The notes under the pieces are model-generated. The model was not told the origin of the DNA. It worked only from the letters and a program-made list of their open reading frames with translations, and searched no databases. The translations under genes and the position numbers were made by a program. A stretch of 64,000 bases of DNA from Flectonema sp. DT1601 (taxonomy: Eukaryota): contig OZ025792.1 of assembly GCA_964019425.1 (NCBI GenBank), positions 248,001-312,000 on the forward strand, given 5' to 3'. This document shows, piece by piece, positions 22,810 through 36,146 of the stretch (position 1 is the first letter of the stretch; the number at the start of each line of letters is the position of its first letter).

Positions 22810-25800
22810 TTACTTGCGCTCGAGAACTTCTCTATCACGTTGAAAGATTCGTGATGCTAATTGTGAGCGAGGTGATTCTTGCCCAATGCGGTACCTGCGA
22901 TTTGCTGTGTCACTTCTGATTTTCATTGGTTCGCGCTCTCGTTCTCGCAAAGACGCGATAGTTGCTGGTACAGAGACATTGTATTCAGTACGAGACTTTG
23001 TGGAATTACTACGTGGTGGTGGGTGTTTTTTACTGAGCGACGGATCCCTCGCTGCTGAGTGCGTACGGGAGTGCGGACTAGGCCTTCGAGAACTCCTCAC
23101 AGTAGCACTGTTGGCACTGCGGCGTTTCTCTGGTGTTGCATATCTCGAAGGAGATAATCCTCGTGGGACTTGGTGACCTCCACTCCTTCGCTTAGCTGGA
23201 CTTTCTCTACCCGCTTCTGTAGGGGCTTGGTGACCTCCACTTCTTCTCTTTGCTGGACTTTCTCTTCCTGTTTCCACAGGAGCCTGATGTCCACCACTTC
23301 GTCGCTTTGCTGGGCTATCTCTGCCATCGCTTGGAATCCTTGAAAGAGGTCGAGGAGAAGGGGACCTCCTGTCAACGTTTCCAGCATGAACTCCGCTAGT
23401 ACTTCTTATCAGTGATGCGAGCCTCATTACCTGCTTCCCATTTTGTAAGACATCAGTGTATAGCAGATCCTTAGCATCGGAGGTAGGGAACATGTCGTAG
23501 TAGATCGCAAGCTGTTTTGTTGTTATATTACTTATCAGAAATGATACAAACACTAATACTTCAGCAGCTGTATAAAATACAAACCTCACGTAAGGACCTG
23601 GCAACTACTCCTCTGTCAAACTGCCCCTCGTCTCCAGGAAGAGCTCTTAATAACGTTTGAATTGCACGGGATGCTATAGAAATACCTTTGACTTGAATAT
23701 CATGAGCAATACGATCTACTACAGGAAGAATCGCAAGACCCAAAGGAAGAAGCTCAGACTGTTTTTTTTAATGTAACGATATTGCTTGTTTCCTTCACTA
23801 CTTACAAGTAGCTAAAACTAATAACAAACTACATACTTTGATTTTACCAATTACCCGATCTAAGGTGATTTCTTCTTCTTCTTTTTCCTTCTTGGCTGCA
23901 ACTTCAGTTGCTAATTGTTGAGCTCCAGTAACCTTTTCCTGTTTGTAGTAATAATTAATAAAAGACCATGGGATGGTACATAAATTACATAGGAAGCGGA
24001 GCATACCTCGAGTGCTTGGACAAGTACGTTTTGTTCTGCGAGTTGTTGTTTGAGTTTTTTTATGTTTTTTCTGTCTTTTCGATTTGTTTCCTGATTAGAG
24101 TCAAGGGACTCTTTAAGGTCACGACATTCTACTTGCAAAGCAGAGAGTCTTTCCGATGCTTTTGCATCTGAAACCTTGCGCTGATCAGCTTCAGAGTTGC
24201 GCATTGTTTCGCATTCATGTTTTGCAAGACGGAGCTTAACGATGAGTACTTCCATTTCACCTTCCAGTTCTTCATTTTTGGACATCATTTCTGCGTTCTC
24301 CCGCTTTAGGCGATGGTCGAGATGGGCCTCGCTGCTGCAATTTAATTGCTTGAGCTGAGTTAATTCTTCGTTTGTTTTCTTTAAATTCTCCTCCAGAGTC
24401 TTACAGTGCTCTTGTTCGATACTTAGAGTTGACTGAACGGTTTTTAATTGAATCGAACTGTCACTTTCTTTTAAAGCGAATTCATTTACCAAGGCTTCCA
24501 TGTCAGAATTATGAGACTCTCTGAAAGAGCTGAGCTGACGTTGTAGGCGATTGACTTCTTCTTGTAGAGCTTTGTCCTTTTTTTTTTCAGGTGAAGGTGG
24601 TGGAGTTACTCTCCTTGGTGATCCCCTTAAAAGAACAGGTGATCTACTAATCTGTCGAGGAGGAGTTGGATCTGCGTATTGAGGTGATACATGACATCCA
24701 TCAAATGGAGACGGTGGTGGGAAGTCTAATCTACGAGTAAATTGATGTGTTATAACGCGAAGTGACTTCGTAAGACGAGAAAGAAATGATTTGATTGTTG
24801 ACACTCCGAGATTCTTTGGTTGCAACTCCAGCACCGACGTGTCTTTCAAGCCACGCTTAAAATTGAGCAGCTCAATAACTTCTTCAGAAAACTGTTCAGC
24901 AGCTTCTTCTTGTGATATTTCACTCATCTCTGGAGGAAGACCATATAAGACATCATGCATTGCAAGTAATTGATATTGTAAATCAGTTAATCCGTGTAGT
25001 ACTCCTCCAACATCAGATTCTTTTAGAACTAATTGTCTATCGACTTCTTTATTTCCGTGGGATCCTCCCCCACTCTTCCCTCTGGGTGAGTGCTTTCTCG
25101 GACTAACTTTAGTAGTTGTAACAGAGGGATGTACCATATCAGGATCGATAGGACTTAATGGGCAATTTACGAGAACTACATTTTGTCCCAAAACTAATTT
25201 CATCCCATGACATAGAGGTGATGGTGATCCTTCTTCAGTCTCTCGTTTGTACAACTGACCTCTAATGAGATCGATGTAGAAAGTGGGTAGGTTTTGGAGT
25301 CCCCAAGACTCACTAGAAATCTTATTTAATCCTTCTGAGAGAGGATACACTAACCCTGGCTTTGGGTGCATAAACCCTCCCGATGGAGGAGTTTTCGGTT
25401 CTGACACGAGTAACAAACAACTCTTAGTGACAGCATCACTACCGTGACGATCTTCGGAAGTTAGTGATCTCCAGTACTCAACTTCGTCTTGAAGTTTTAT
25501 CACTTCCTCATAAGGTTTATAACACTCCATTACTTGAGCAAATTCATTGCTGGCATATGCCCAGTCGAGTACTTTTGGAAGACGATCTGCTGCCTGTTTC
25601 TTTCTGGCGTCTCTAAGCTTCTTTGCCTCAACAGGATCAAGGTAATAGAAAGCATGCGAGCTTCCAAAGATCAATCGAGTTGCGTGTGACAACTCAATAG
25701 TGTCGGTCAGCAGCTGACCGTCTACGAATGTAATCGCATTAGCAGCTGGGCTCAGTGTAACTGATTCTTCAGTTCTACTAATGAGGCAGTGAGGATCACA

Positions 25801-27562
25801 TAGATTGAATCCGTCAGTTAATCTGTTATTGATTTGTGTTTTTTTGAAAATAAAAAATAAAACATAACCACCATTAACATAACAAACATACCGAATAGTT
25901 CTAGTTTCTACTTCACTGTCTTCAGTATCAATTTCATGCTGGGCTGTGTCACTAGTGACTAAGGTGTCACCACATAAGATGGACCATGAAATATACTCTC
26001 CAGGTACTAAGTGAGGGTCTAGGGATACTAACAAAGGCGCGTCTGCAACAGGACAGCCAGGAGTTTGAAATGGATCACCAATTGGAGACAGTTCAGATAG
26101 TTTCGATGAATAATATGTTTGGAGCTGAGCCATCTTACGTTCCCAATGAAGGTTGAGATCGGTTATAATTTGTTCAGATGATTCCAACTTTGATGCGCAC
26201 AGTTCTTGTGACTTAGTCGCAGTACCTACATCAGTGAGAGAGGTATTTGATGACTTTCTCTGAGGTGCTCTGGGTGGTCCTCCTGGTTGCGTTGATCCCT
26301 TGCGAGGAGGAGATATAACAAGTCCCGACTCTTCAAGCTTCCCCCTGAGATATTTTATTTCATAATGTAATTCTTGAATAAGTCTTGAGTTTTGATCATC
26401 ATTGACTATTGCGTTATTTCTAATCTGTTTTACTCTGTCGGCGTATCGAAGGGTGTTAAGAGTTTCTTCAAACTGCGTACTCGAAGGACTTATGCAAGCC
26501 AACATAACTGTTTTACTATTGCCTCCAAGATTTTCCTTAAGAAGCCATGTTAGAACTGAGTCTCTGTAAGCTACCCAAGAGCTAGAACTTTCAACGCTTA
26601 CAGATGATCTTTTCGAGTCTTGTGTTTTATCTCCGCGTTCACTTAGTGCATGAATGACACGTCCTAAAGTTGATAATGATCTGTTGATGTTAATCCCGTC
26701 TTTTATAATACTATTCTCACCCTCATTGACATTCGGTCCTGGTGATAGTCTTTCACTACCAGCTAAATCAACAAGATTTACTCTACTGACTCTATCAATG
26801 CAATGACCTGTATCCTCATCAATTATTGTTTGTGTTATTATGATAGTGAAGACTGCGTGAGACCGACTACTTCTTTGATTGTATCTGTGTTTTGGAAGGT
26901 TTGTTTGTTATTTTTGGTGTTCATTTCAAAATAAGATGTCATAAAGTAAGAATCTCAACACACCTGGTCTCAGCAACTGTTCTGCTTTCATTTCCTTGTT
27001 CGATGAGAGGATAAACGTCTTCAAAACTTCCAACAACTTTCTTTGTGAGTCCTTCAACATACGGACCAGTAACGGGGTGTTCACGAACTTTGAGTTTTTC
27101 TTTAACATCTTCAGAAAGCAAGCAGTTGACTCTTTCATTGTAAATTTCAAAAAAAGACACTTCACACTTAACCGTATTAGTTGCGGATGAGTGGCTAGTT
27201 AGCTGTGAGAACAGATCATCACAAAGACGAGGAATGATTCCCTTATGTTCTTGTGACTCGGGGTCATCCGCTCCCATCATCGTGTGGGTTTTTCCTGATC
27301 CAGTCTGCCCGTATGCAAAAATACAAGTGTTGAACCCTTCAAGGGAATGTTTTGTTAACTGTGCGCCTATCTCCTGGTAGACTCTTTCTTGAGTGATATT
27401 TATTTCATCTGGGAAGCAATGATCAAATGCAAAGCCTCTATCAAAACCTTTTACCCTGATGTGCTGATCCTTCACAGATATAACATTCTGACCACCGGCG
27501 TTTAACTCCGCTTCACCGAACGGACGAACGCGAACAGCAACGGTACAGTTACTCCGAGCCAT
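22810..27562 (-). CDS. Kinesin-3 family (KIF1/KIF13/Unc-104-like) motor with FHA-like domain and coiled-coil tail, 6 exons, ~1461 aa
   Basis: Manual exons 27562-26964, 26884-25892, 25822-24007, 23938-23837, 23758-23585, 23511-22810 join in frame (4386 nt). Motifs VAVRVRP, FAYGQTGSGKT, VREHPVTGPYVEGL, SSRSHAVF, LVDLAGSER, ETLNTLRYADR, and FHA-like HCLI...LSHATRLIFG. Confidence 0.92.
23164..23326 (-). repeat. Coding tandem repeat, ~3 x 57 nt (GRESPAKRRSGGHQAP) in the kinesin tail
   Basis: Three copies of SPAKRRSGGHQ with a 19-aa period. CTTGGTGACCTCCACT recurs at 23169 and 23226. Confidence 0.85.
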
Positions 27563-27832
27563 TATAACATTAACATAAAACTGACTTGAAAAAAATAAAA
27601 CAGGTCATTCATTTACATCACTCCAAATATCTTCTGTCAACCTAAACGAAAAGTGGGAGAAAAAAAAATAAGTTTTCGTACACTAATGCTAACCAAGAAA
27701 TAATGTCACAGAAAAATTCCATATTTTCATTTTTTTAAATAATTTATTTAATAATCTCAACTAGGAATTGCGGTGTGGGATAAAAAAAAAAAAAAAGAAT
27801 AATAATGACAATGGAAAAGGAGAGAGACTATG

Positions 27833-27863
<31 letters not shown>

Positions 27864-29462
27864 TGCCCTCACATATGATAATATTTAACGGCAGCCTCCC
27901 TTAAAGAATTGAAGGGGGGAAAAAAAGCTACTAAAATTGTTCGAAAGAGAACGAAAAAAAAAAAAAAACAGCCTTGCTTGATAACTATGTGGGTTGATTC
28001 TGTCAGAGCCACCTTGTGTAGCTTTTAGTCGACAACAAGAGGGAAAAAAAAACAAAGATATCAATTATAACAGAGCGGACATCATATAAAGTGCACCAAG
28101 TTAACAAAAAGAAGCATCTGAGAAAGCAGAGAAAATTCATAACAGATGGGGTTTTCTCATATCACGCCTGGCGTCTCAATACCAAACTTTTTCTTAAAAA
28201 AAAAAAGAAAAACTTGTGTAAGAAAATCAGTACATCCCCGACATACGACAGAAAAGTTGGTACCTAGCTATCCAGACTAGTTTCTGCACCACACAACATA
28301 ACAAAAGAATTCTTTTATTTTCTTCTTTTTTTCATTCTCACTTCCTGGGGAGATAACTCAGAACTATTTTCTCAACAACAATGTGACGCTGGTGGCTCAG
28401 CGGCGCACTCTGCCGAAACGCGAGCGAGTAGTGGCATCTGGAGAGAGGCGAGCACTGGTGACGGAGGCGAACTATGCGATTGCTGCCACACAGCATGGCA
28501 CACAGCGGCTCATCTGAATAGTTTTTTTTTTTTTCCCGTCGCTGTATGCTAAGACCCACCTGACATAAGAGCCAGAGTGGTAATCAGGTTTTATAAACAA
28601 AAATGTCTTGTTTGTGTAATAATAATAAAAACTACAGTGAGAGAGGGAGTCTAACTTAGGAATCTCAGTCAACAGGGAATCAATCCCGTCTTTGACTTCA
28701 GGAGAGAATTAAGAGGTACGGGAAGCGATCTTTGAAAACAAACCCAGAAATAATAATTACCGTATAAAACGGCCACATCCAACCATCATTATTTATTCAA
28801 AAAAACTTTTTTTTTTTTAATTTATTTAACGAAGCTCAACAGGGTAACAGTTATATCGCTACCAGTAACTGTGAGACTCTCACAGACGATGGGTCTTCAT
28901 TTCCAAAATTGCTGTAATCCAAGTTTTCTATACACCACGTTTTTTTGTATGAATACAGTAATATATTCATCAGCAGGCATTACCAAAAGGGACACCTGCG
29001 ATATAAGAAACAGAAAGCGTGTAAACTCACAATAATAAAAAATGAAAAGGGGACACGGGGGGGGCAAAAGTAATAAAATAGGAAACGTAATAAAGGACAC
29101 GATTGCGAATATTGTCTATCTCAGAATGTTCGTGGAAACGAAACAGAGAAAACAGTAGTTCAACGGTTTACTTTCGTTCTATTTTTGTTCTTTTTTTTTG
29201 AATTATTTTCTATTTGTTTTTGTTCTTTCTGGTGAGGGTTATTGGAAGGAGAAAATAGGGCTAAAAAAAATTGTGCGCAACCGGTACAAAATCCTAATAA
29301 AGGAATAGGTTAGTTACACTGCCATATTTCTCTTTTCTACCAAGCAACGGGTTTGTAGGCATGCATAAGGGTGTACGACTTCTTCACTTCGACACTTGTT
29401 AGGCGCAAAGAAAAAACGAATCATCACACATGAAAGTATATAATGGAGAATGTATATATCAA

Positions 29463-32400
29463 CTAGTCAGAATCAGATGACGCTCCCCAGCCGCTGAATT
29501 TTGTTCCACGGCGTTCACTTTCATCGTCTTCGTCCTGTTTTGTTTTACTTACTGTTGTTCCCGTTCGAATAATTAAACAAAAACAATCCAACATACCAAT
29601 GGAAGATCATCAGCGATATCGTGGTCATCACAGTCTTCGGCAGCCCTTCGCGGGGCAGTTTTTCGGAGTTTAGTAGGGCCACGCCTCCGTCCCGCATCCT
29701 GTTTTTTGATTTTAATGTTTAGTGCTACCTTATCTAAAGATTTTCAAAAAAAAGAAAATTAAAAAATAACTACAAACATCTGAGCTGCGATTCTTGAAAT
29801 TTGCTATCAACGCCAAGGACTCTTTACGAGTTTGATTAGCAATTGTGAAAACTGATGATTTCCGAACCATATCGTCATTCATGTGAGTTAGAAACGGCAT
29901 TTCTAACAAACTCTGAGTTGCTTGACGAAGCTGAGGATCGACTCTGACTGTGCTTTCAAGAAACTCAAACACATAAGAGTGATAGTTGGATGGCCCGTAA
30001 TTAATTTCTGAACGAGGTTCTAAAGTCGAAATATATTTTACAGCCTGCCATGATCCACCTCCAACATGATTCCAAGGTGGTTTACCAGTTATCATTTCCA
30101 TTAGCAGACATCCTAATGACCAAATGTCTGCTCTCCAGTCGTAGCCTTTTCCGTTGATGACTTCTGGTGCCATGTAGTGCATGGTACCAGCAGCATCTTG
30201 AATTTTAGAATTATTTGTAGTGTGTTTTACTGCTGTTCCGAAGTCAGTTAGTTTACAAGCTCCTTTAGTAATCAAAACGTTTGCCACTTTAATATCTCTG
30301 TGAATGATTTCCTTTGAGTGAAGGTATTGTAATCCCAGTAATATGTCCCTCATGAAACCTGATGCTTCCGGAGAGTCTACACCGTCAGACCGAAGCTTTG
30401 AAGAAAGGCACGAATCAGCTAATTCCATAAATATACGTAATTCGTCTACTCCACGTTCGCAGTAGAAGTAATGAACGATGTTAGGGTGACTAAGACATGC
30501 CATGACAGTAACTTCTTGTAGTAAGTCTTCAGTATTTGAATCAGAAAGTGATATAACTTTCACAGCCATCTTACCTCCGGTTAGTTTATTCGTTGCTCTG
30601 TAGACCTTTCCAAAGGAACCAGAACCTAGTAGTTCTCCTCTCTCCCAAGGACATTGTGTATTTCCTTCAAAAGCTTTTCGTAGATCTTCAATTTGCCGTT
30701 TTTCTTCGTGGAGGAGTGCAGTAGCTTCTTCAGCCTTTTCAAGAATCGGATGCAAATGAGCCTTTTTCGGAGGTAATGATAACCCATACCACCCAGCTTC
30801 AGCAATAATACCCCTGTGGTATTCAGTAAATAATCTTGATGCGAGGATCACCTGAACTTGTCTAAACTTTAGTTCTTCGAGAAGCTCAGGTGCTGAAACC
30901 TCATTATTCTCGATACCAATAATTATCAAATCAACTCCTTCAATCGCTTCGAGTATTCCACAAATGTTATTATCACCCAACACTACGGAGTATCCCCGAG
31001 ACCAGAGTATCTGACAGAAAGCTGATACAAACACTTGATTAGACTCAGCTACCATGACTTTAATATGACCATGACGACGAGGAGGTTCTACGTGTTGGTC
31101 TTCAGAAGTTAACTGACAGCTTTCATTCATATCTGCATCACTTTCTAAGATTGGTAATTTAACTGTGTAAGTAGTGTTTTGACCTGCTTCTGATTGAATT
31201 TCAAGATGACCTCCTAATTTATGAATTTCAGCATTAGTTGAACTCAAGTGATCAGGAGATGCTTGACTTGGATCAAGGATAGTATGAATCTCTTCACGAG
31301 TTAATCCAACACCATTATCACTGATACTAAGACACAGAGTCCCGACAGATTCATTAGTACCTAATACAGAAAGACAGATGCCAATAACTGACTCTGGAGG
31401 TGAATGACGAATAGCATGTGAAATAATATTTCCAAGGGAGGCAACAAGTTTTGTTGGATGCGTGAATATCACATTTGGAACTTCCGGAGGAATAGTTCCA
31501 AGTCGAATGGTATAAGAATCATAAGAAGAAGAACAATCAGACACAACCTTGTGCAACATTGTTTGAAGGTGGATATGACTAAAACCATACTCTGCAGAGA
31601 ATTGAGCTTTACCTGCAACATCTACAAGTGACTCAATTAGTTTCTTACAAATGATTGCTCTATCAACCAAGTCAGTTGAAGCATTGTTGATTGTCTTTAC
31701 TTCAGAAAGGATTTCAATGGTATTTGGAACGAATTGATTGAGTGCCCACTGTGTGAAATGAACTGTATTTATATCTTGTTTAGGTGTTGCTGCAATTAGA
31801 GTTAGGTAGCTTCCTAAGTAACTTGGAGCAACATGAACCTCTAAGAAAACTCTATTCACACCATCGCCTTTGAGGAAGGCTACTAGTTTTGTAGTGCCTT
31901 GAAACTCCTCACCCCATTCCATTCGTTCGGAGCGTTTTGCGGCGCTTTTCAGCATCATTATCATAGCATGTTGTTGTTCAGAGTCGAGTATGAAAGAAGT
32001 TATTTCATTACCAACAGCGCTGTCGTAGTCGATACCAGTCAGGGATGCCATTAAAGAGTTCCAGTACAGAATTTCACCTTCAAAATTCATAACAACAATT
32101 CCTAAGTAATTATGAACAATGCGAGAATCAATTCGTAGAGGTGGAGTGCCAGCCATGGGGTCAGGAAACACAAGCTCTCCAAAAGGAGAAGGGTCATCAA
32201 GTCCAATAAGGTCACTACCATTATCGGGTGGTGTATCATCACTTATCCTTCTTGCAGCGTCTTGTTTTGCAGGATTTAAAGCTTTTACACTTGTCAATGG
32301 TACTAATTTCATACTTCGGTGAGAACTGTTCATTTGATGCTGAGTACCAGCTTCCAAGACAGACTGCAATTTTGATTGCAATGCCACAAACACCGTAACT

Positions 32401-33911
32401 TCTTGTGTAGTCATATCTGTTGTACAGAACTGTTGCAGAGCATTCATAAGAAGCTTAGTATATTTGATGTGTTGTTTACCAGAGGAGCATAACGACTCTG
32501 ATCTCCCCTTAGTATGAGACAATGCATAGAGTGCTACATGTCGATACAAAGCTGCGTCATGAACACTTTGATGACTGTTACTTAATGTTTGCATTATCAT
32601 AGCACCGATAAAAGCAAAGAATACAAATAATAACACCAGCACACCCCCAATCACATCAAACAGGTATAATGCGTCAGCAGCGTCTGCCCCCAGGTGTTCT
32701 TGAGATGGACTGAAACCAACTTCAAATTTAATTAAAACTGCTCTCGAAAAGAACGACACCACAAATAATAACGAGCTTGAAATGAGAGCGGCTGGGTTCC
32801 AGACCCCTGCTGCTGTCGAGAGCCATGATGGGATAAATAAAACACCCCAAGGAACAACAAACTTACTCGATACCGAGTGAAAGACCAACGGAGACGTTGC
32901 AAAAATAAACAACAACGGAATTCCAACTAAAAATGGTCGATACTGCACGAACACTCCGGTTAAACAATAAACCGTAATAGTCAAGATAATGGGAGGGATG
33001 TGTGCTGTTGACCAACCGTCGAATACTAAGGTGAACAAAAGAATACCTGAAGCAGATAGACATGAGATGAGAAGTCCCAAAAAAATAAAAATCAAAGCCC
33101 GATCATGTGGAAGACCGAACTCTGGATCTGCACCAACTATGTAAGCCAGTCGATACATTAGTCTTTTACAAAGCGGAGGCCCTGTAGAAGTATTCGACCA
33201 GCACATTACTACACTTGTTGCTGTTTCTTGTAATGGAGTTGAAAGATTCGCAAGGTTCTCATAATCACTTAAGCCTTCAGTCTTTCCATGTTTGTTACAA
33301 ATATCACCAATAATATTAACTGCTTCTTGCCATACGAATAAGAATTCTTCTGTTTTTTGAGGATCTAATTTACCACCCAGACCTGGGTCTAGAATCGTCG
33401 CATTCATTAGATTTTGAAGTTCCCTAACGACCACCTGAATATATATGAGATGTAGATGTCCTGCCTTTTCGTATTGTAAACTTAATGCCTCGTCTAACAA
33501 GTGTTTTAACATTTCAGGTAGGAAGCCGAAGGATTCCAGAATATCAGGGGATGCTGAGCCTCCCAAGACGTTAGCTGTCATCCAAATAGTGTGACGGCGA
33601 AGGGCTGAAGGAGTGTCGCCTTGTAAAGCAGCTGTTGGAAGGAGGGCTTCATGAAGGTTTTGTGTTGCTTCAAGAATAAAACTAAAGTGAGGATCACCTT
33701 CGGAATCATCAGAAGTTGTCCGACCCTCAGATGTCGCATCAGCCCAACTTACTTGAGATGATATGCCTACTGATCTGCTACCGTAGCTTTCACGTTTTGT
33801 TAATGGATTCTGCTTTCGATTTCCACCAGTCTTCCCAGGTTTGTGATTCGATTCATCTAACCTATCAAATGACAACCTCGACATCCCTCCTGGCGCTGGT
33901 GGATCAGTCAT
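29463..33911 (-). CDS. Multi-pass membrane STE/MAP3K-family kinase fused to PAS, degenerate HATPase_c and pseudo-receiver domains, 3 exons, ~1435 aa
   Basis: Exons 33911-29778, 29698-29597, 29534-29463. About 6 hydrophobic helices; PAS (GIVVMNFEGEILYWNSLMASLTG); HATPase-like (LGNIISHAIRHS, ISDNGVG, LGGHLEIQSEAGQNTTYTVKLP); receiver-like (VMVAESN...DLIIIG); kinase (GELLGSGSFGKVY, MAVK, HRDIKVANVL, DFG, GTMHYMAPE). Confidence 0.9.
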
Positions 33912-34717
33912 ACATCTGTGGTCTTAGTATTCTCTGCAACCCCTAACTCAAACTGACGAGGGGAATAAAAATGAATTATTTGAACAAAAACTGATCTACT
34001 GGCCAACCTGCTAGTTCAATTCAACTTGTTAATTTTTATTGAAAAAAAAAAAAACACCTGAAATAACAATTAGTGAATATCATCATCTACATCCGTAGCG
34101 TCACAAAAGAACTTCACAACAGGGCAGGCAAAGAATTCACAACATACACAGCACTATGTATTACAGGTGGGGGTGAGAGGCGTTCAGTTCTTTATTATTC
34201 TTTGCCACCGCATTCCTTTCTGTTCTCTACTCCAGCAAAGAAAAGCGACAAGGTTCCCAGGTGGGTGATTAATTTTTTGTTTCATAATGTTTCGTTTTTT
34301 TTTTTTTTTTTCCAGAGATCTAGGGAATACGGGAAAAGAAATATAAAAAAAAAAAAGTTAAAAAAAGGGGTGAAGGGACACAAGATGGGGTAAAAACACG
34401 AAAAAGGAGGAAAAAAAAAAAAGGAAACAATCGGAAGGTAGAGGAACAACGAAGTAATAAAAAATTCTAAAAAAGAAAAATAGTGTGCGGATACATCAAA
34501 AATCTCCTTGCGACGAGTCGAACGTTATGGTCAGTCAGCCACATAACATACTACACAAAAACGCAACAATTTTAAGCTTTTAAAAAAGGTGCTTGTTTTA
34601 TGTCTTTTTTCCCCCCCATCAAAAGAGTAACGACAACAAAAAAAAAAAGAGAAAACGCAAAACAAGAAAATACTTTTTTATACAGAAGAAAAAAGACTAC
34701 TAAAAACTATCAACTGC

Positions 34718-36146
34718 TTAGAGGCCAAACTCAGTTGCTGGTTCTCTGCTTCTGCGCGGACTTCCGGTTTGAGCGGCATCACGGTCGAAAGCGTTAGCAG
34801 TTTCCTTAAACTTGTTGACTGAGACTCTAAGAGCGTCCTTTTGTCTCTCCAATTTAACCTGTTGTGCATTTAGTTAGTTTATTATGTAATTAAAAATTGA
34901 GTGACACAGTTTTGGTAGGGTTAAAAAATTGCAACACACCTCTTGCTCAATGAGCGCACGCTCCTGAGCTTCCAAAAGGTTTCGTCGGTCAGCAGCAGAG
35001 CGGAGGGTAGTTTCTTGATCTTGTAAGGTAGCCATTAGTTGTTGGTTGTGTTGTGCCTGAGCATCCGCAGCACCACGAAGCTCTTGTTCTTTAGTGCGGC
35101 CTGCTTCAAGCTCCTGTTGAGTTGCAGAAATAGTCGAACGAAGGGCCTGTTCATCACGCAAATCACGTCCTCTGTAGTAGACGGCATCTACGGTGTTTGG
35201 GTAGATCTGAGCAAAGATGTGCCACTTCTTAATATCAATACGACCTTCTCTTGGATGATCAGCTTTAATAAATAATTCTCCGACAGTATTCGCAGAAAAG
35301 TCAATTCCTCTACTGCGGAAGGCCCGTTCAACCTCAGAGGCATCAATCCATCCCTTTTGCATTTCATCAATCTCTTGGAATGACACTCTAACTCTTTCTT
35401 CTAAAGGAACATTCGCTCTTTCCTTAGCGACTGCTGCGATACCCATCGGCTGTGGGAGTCCAGTTGACATAGCAGCATTTTGGTAGCTCAAGTCTCTAAT
35501 TGTACCAACGGTTTGTGGTGCAGCGTGCATCACAGGCTGGTGAATTACTTGTTGTGGTTGAACATAACCTGATTGATATTTACTTGTCTCTGATATATTT
35601 GACAAAAAGTTAATAAAGTAAATAAATAAAACATACCACCTGATAATACAGGATCTGGTTGAGTCATCATTGGGGTACCACCAATTGGTTGAGGGGTGCT
35701 TGGTCCAAGTGACGCACCAAATGGAATTGGACGAGTTGGAGGTCTTGGAGCTGGTAAGTCCTGCTGGGCATCTGTTTGCCATGGAGAGTGAGGCTGAAAA
35801 CAGTACAGTTGATCATACTCATGCAGCTGCTGTCCAGAAGTAAGATCAACCCATTTGAGTAACACGTCATCATAGATTTCCATTTTCTTAATTACGAACT
35901 GGTCAGGAATTCTAGCACCCTGTGGCTTTGGGACAACGCGCATCTCTTGCGTAAATGTGCTCTGTTTGTATGTTCAATACCAATCAACCTCACAATAGTT
36001 GTATTAGTTTGTAAAAAAGGAAACAAATTGCGACATACCTGCGCATGACTCTGTAATTCAGGTAACGTTGGTCTGTCAGGGAAAGGTAACTCAAGGTTAA
36101 CCTTCTGACTGAATAGATCACCACAAATTAATAACGTGAATGGCAT
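34718..36146 (-). CDS. BILBO1: BILBO1-family flagellar pocket collar protein (BILBO1 N-terminal domain, EF-hand pair, coiled coil), 4 exons, ~400 aa
   Basis: Manual exons 36146-36039, 35961-35637, 35568-34940, 34858-34718 join in frame (1203 nt). DLFSQKVNLELPFPDRPTLPEL and IYDDVLLKWVDL...QLYCFQP match the trypanosome BILBO1 N-terminal domain. EF-hand-like FQEIDEMQKGWID and LFIKADHPREGRID follow. Confidence 0.85.
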
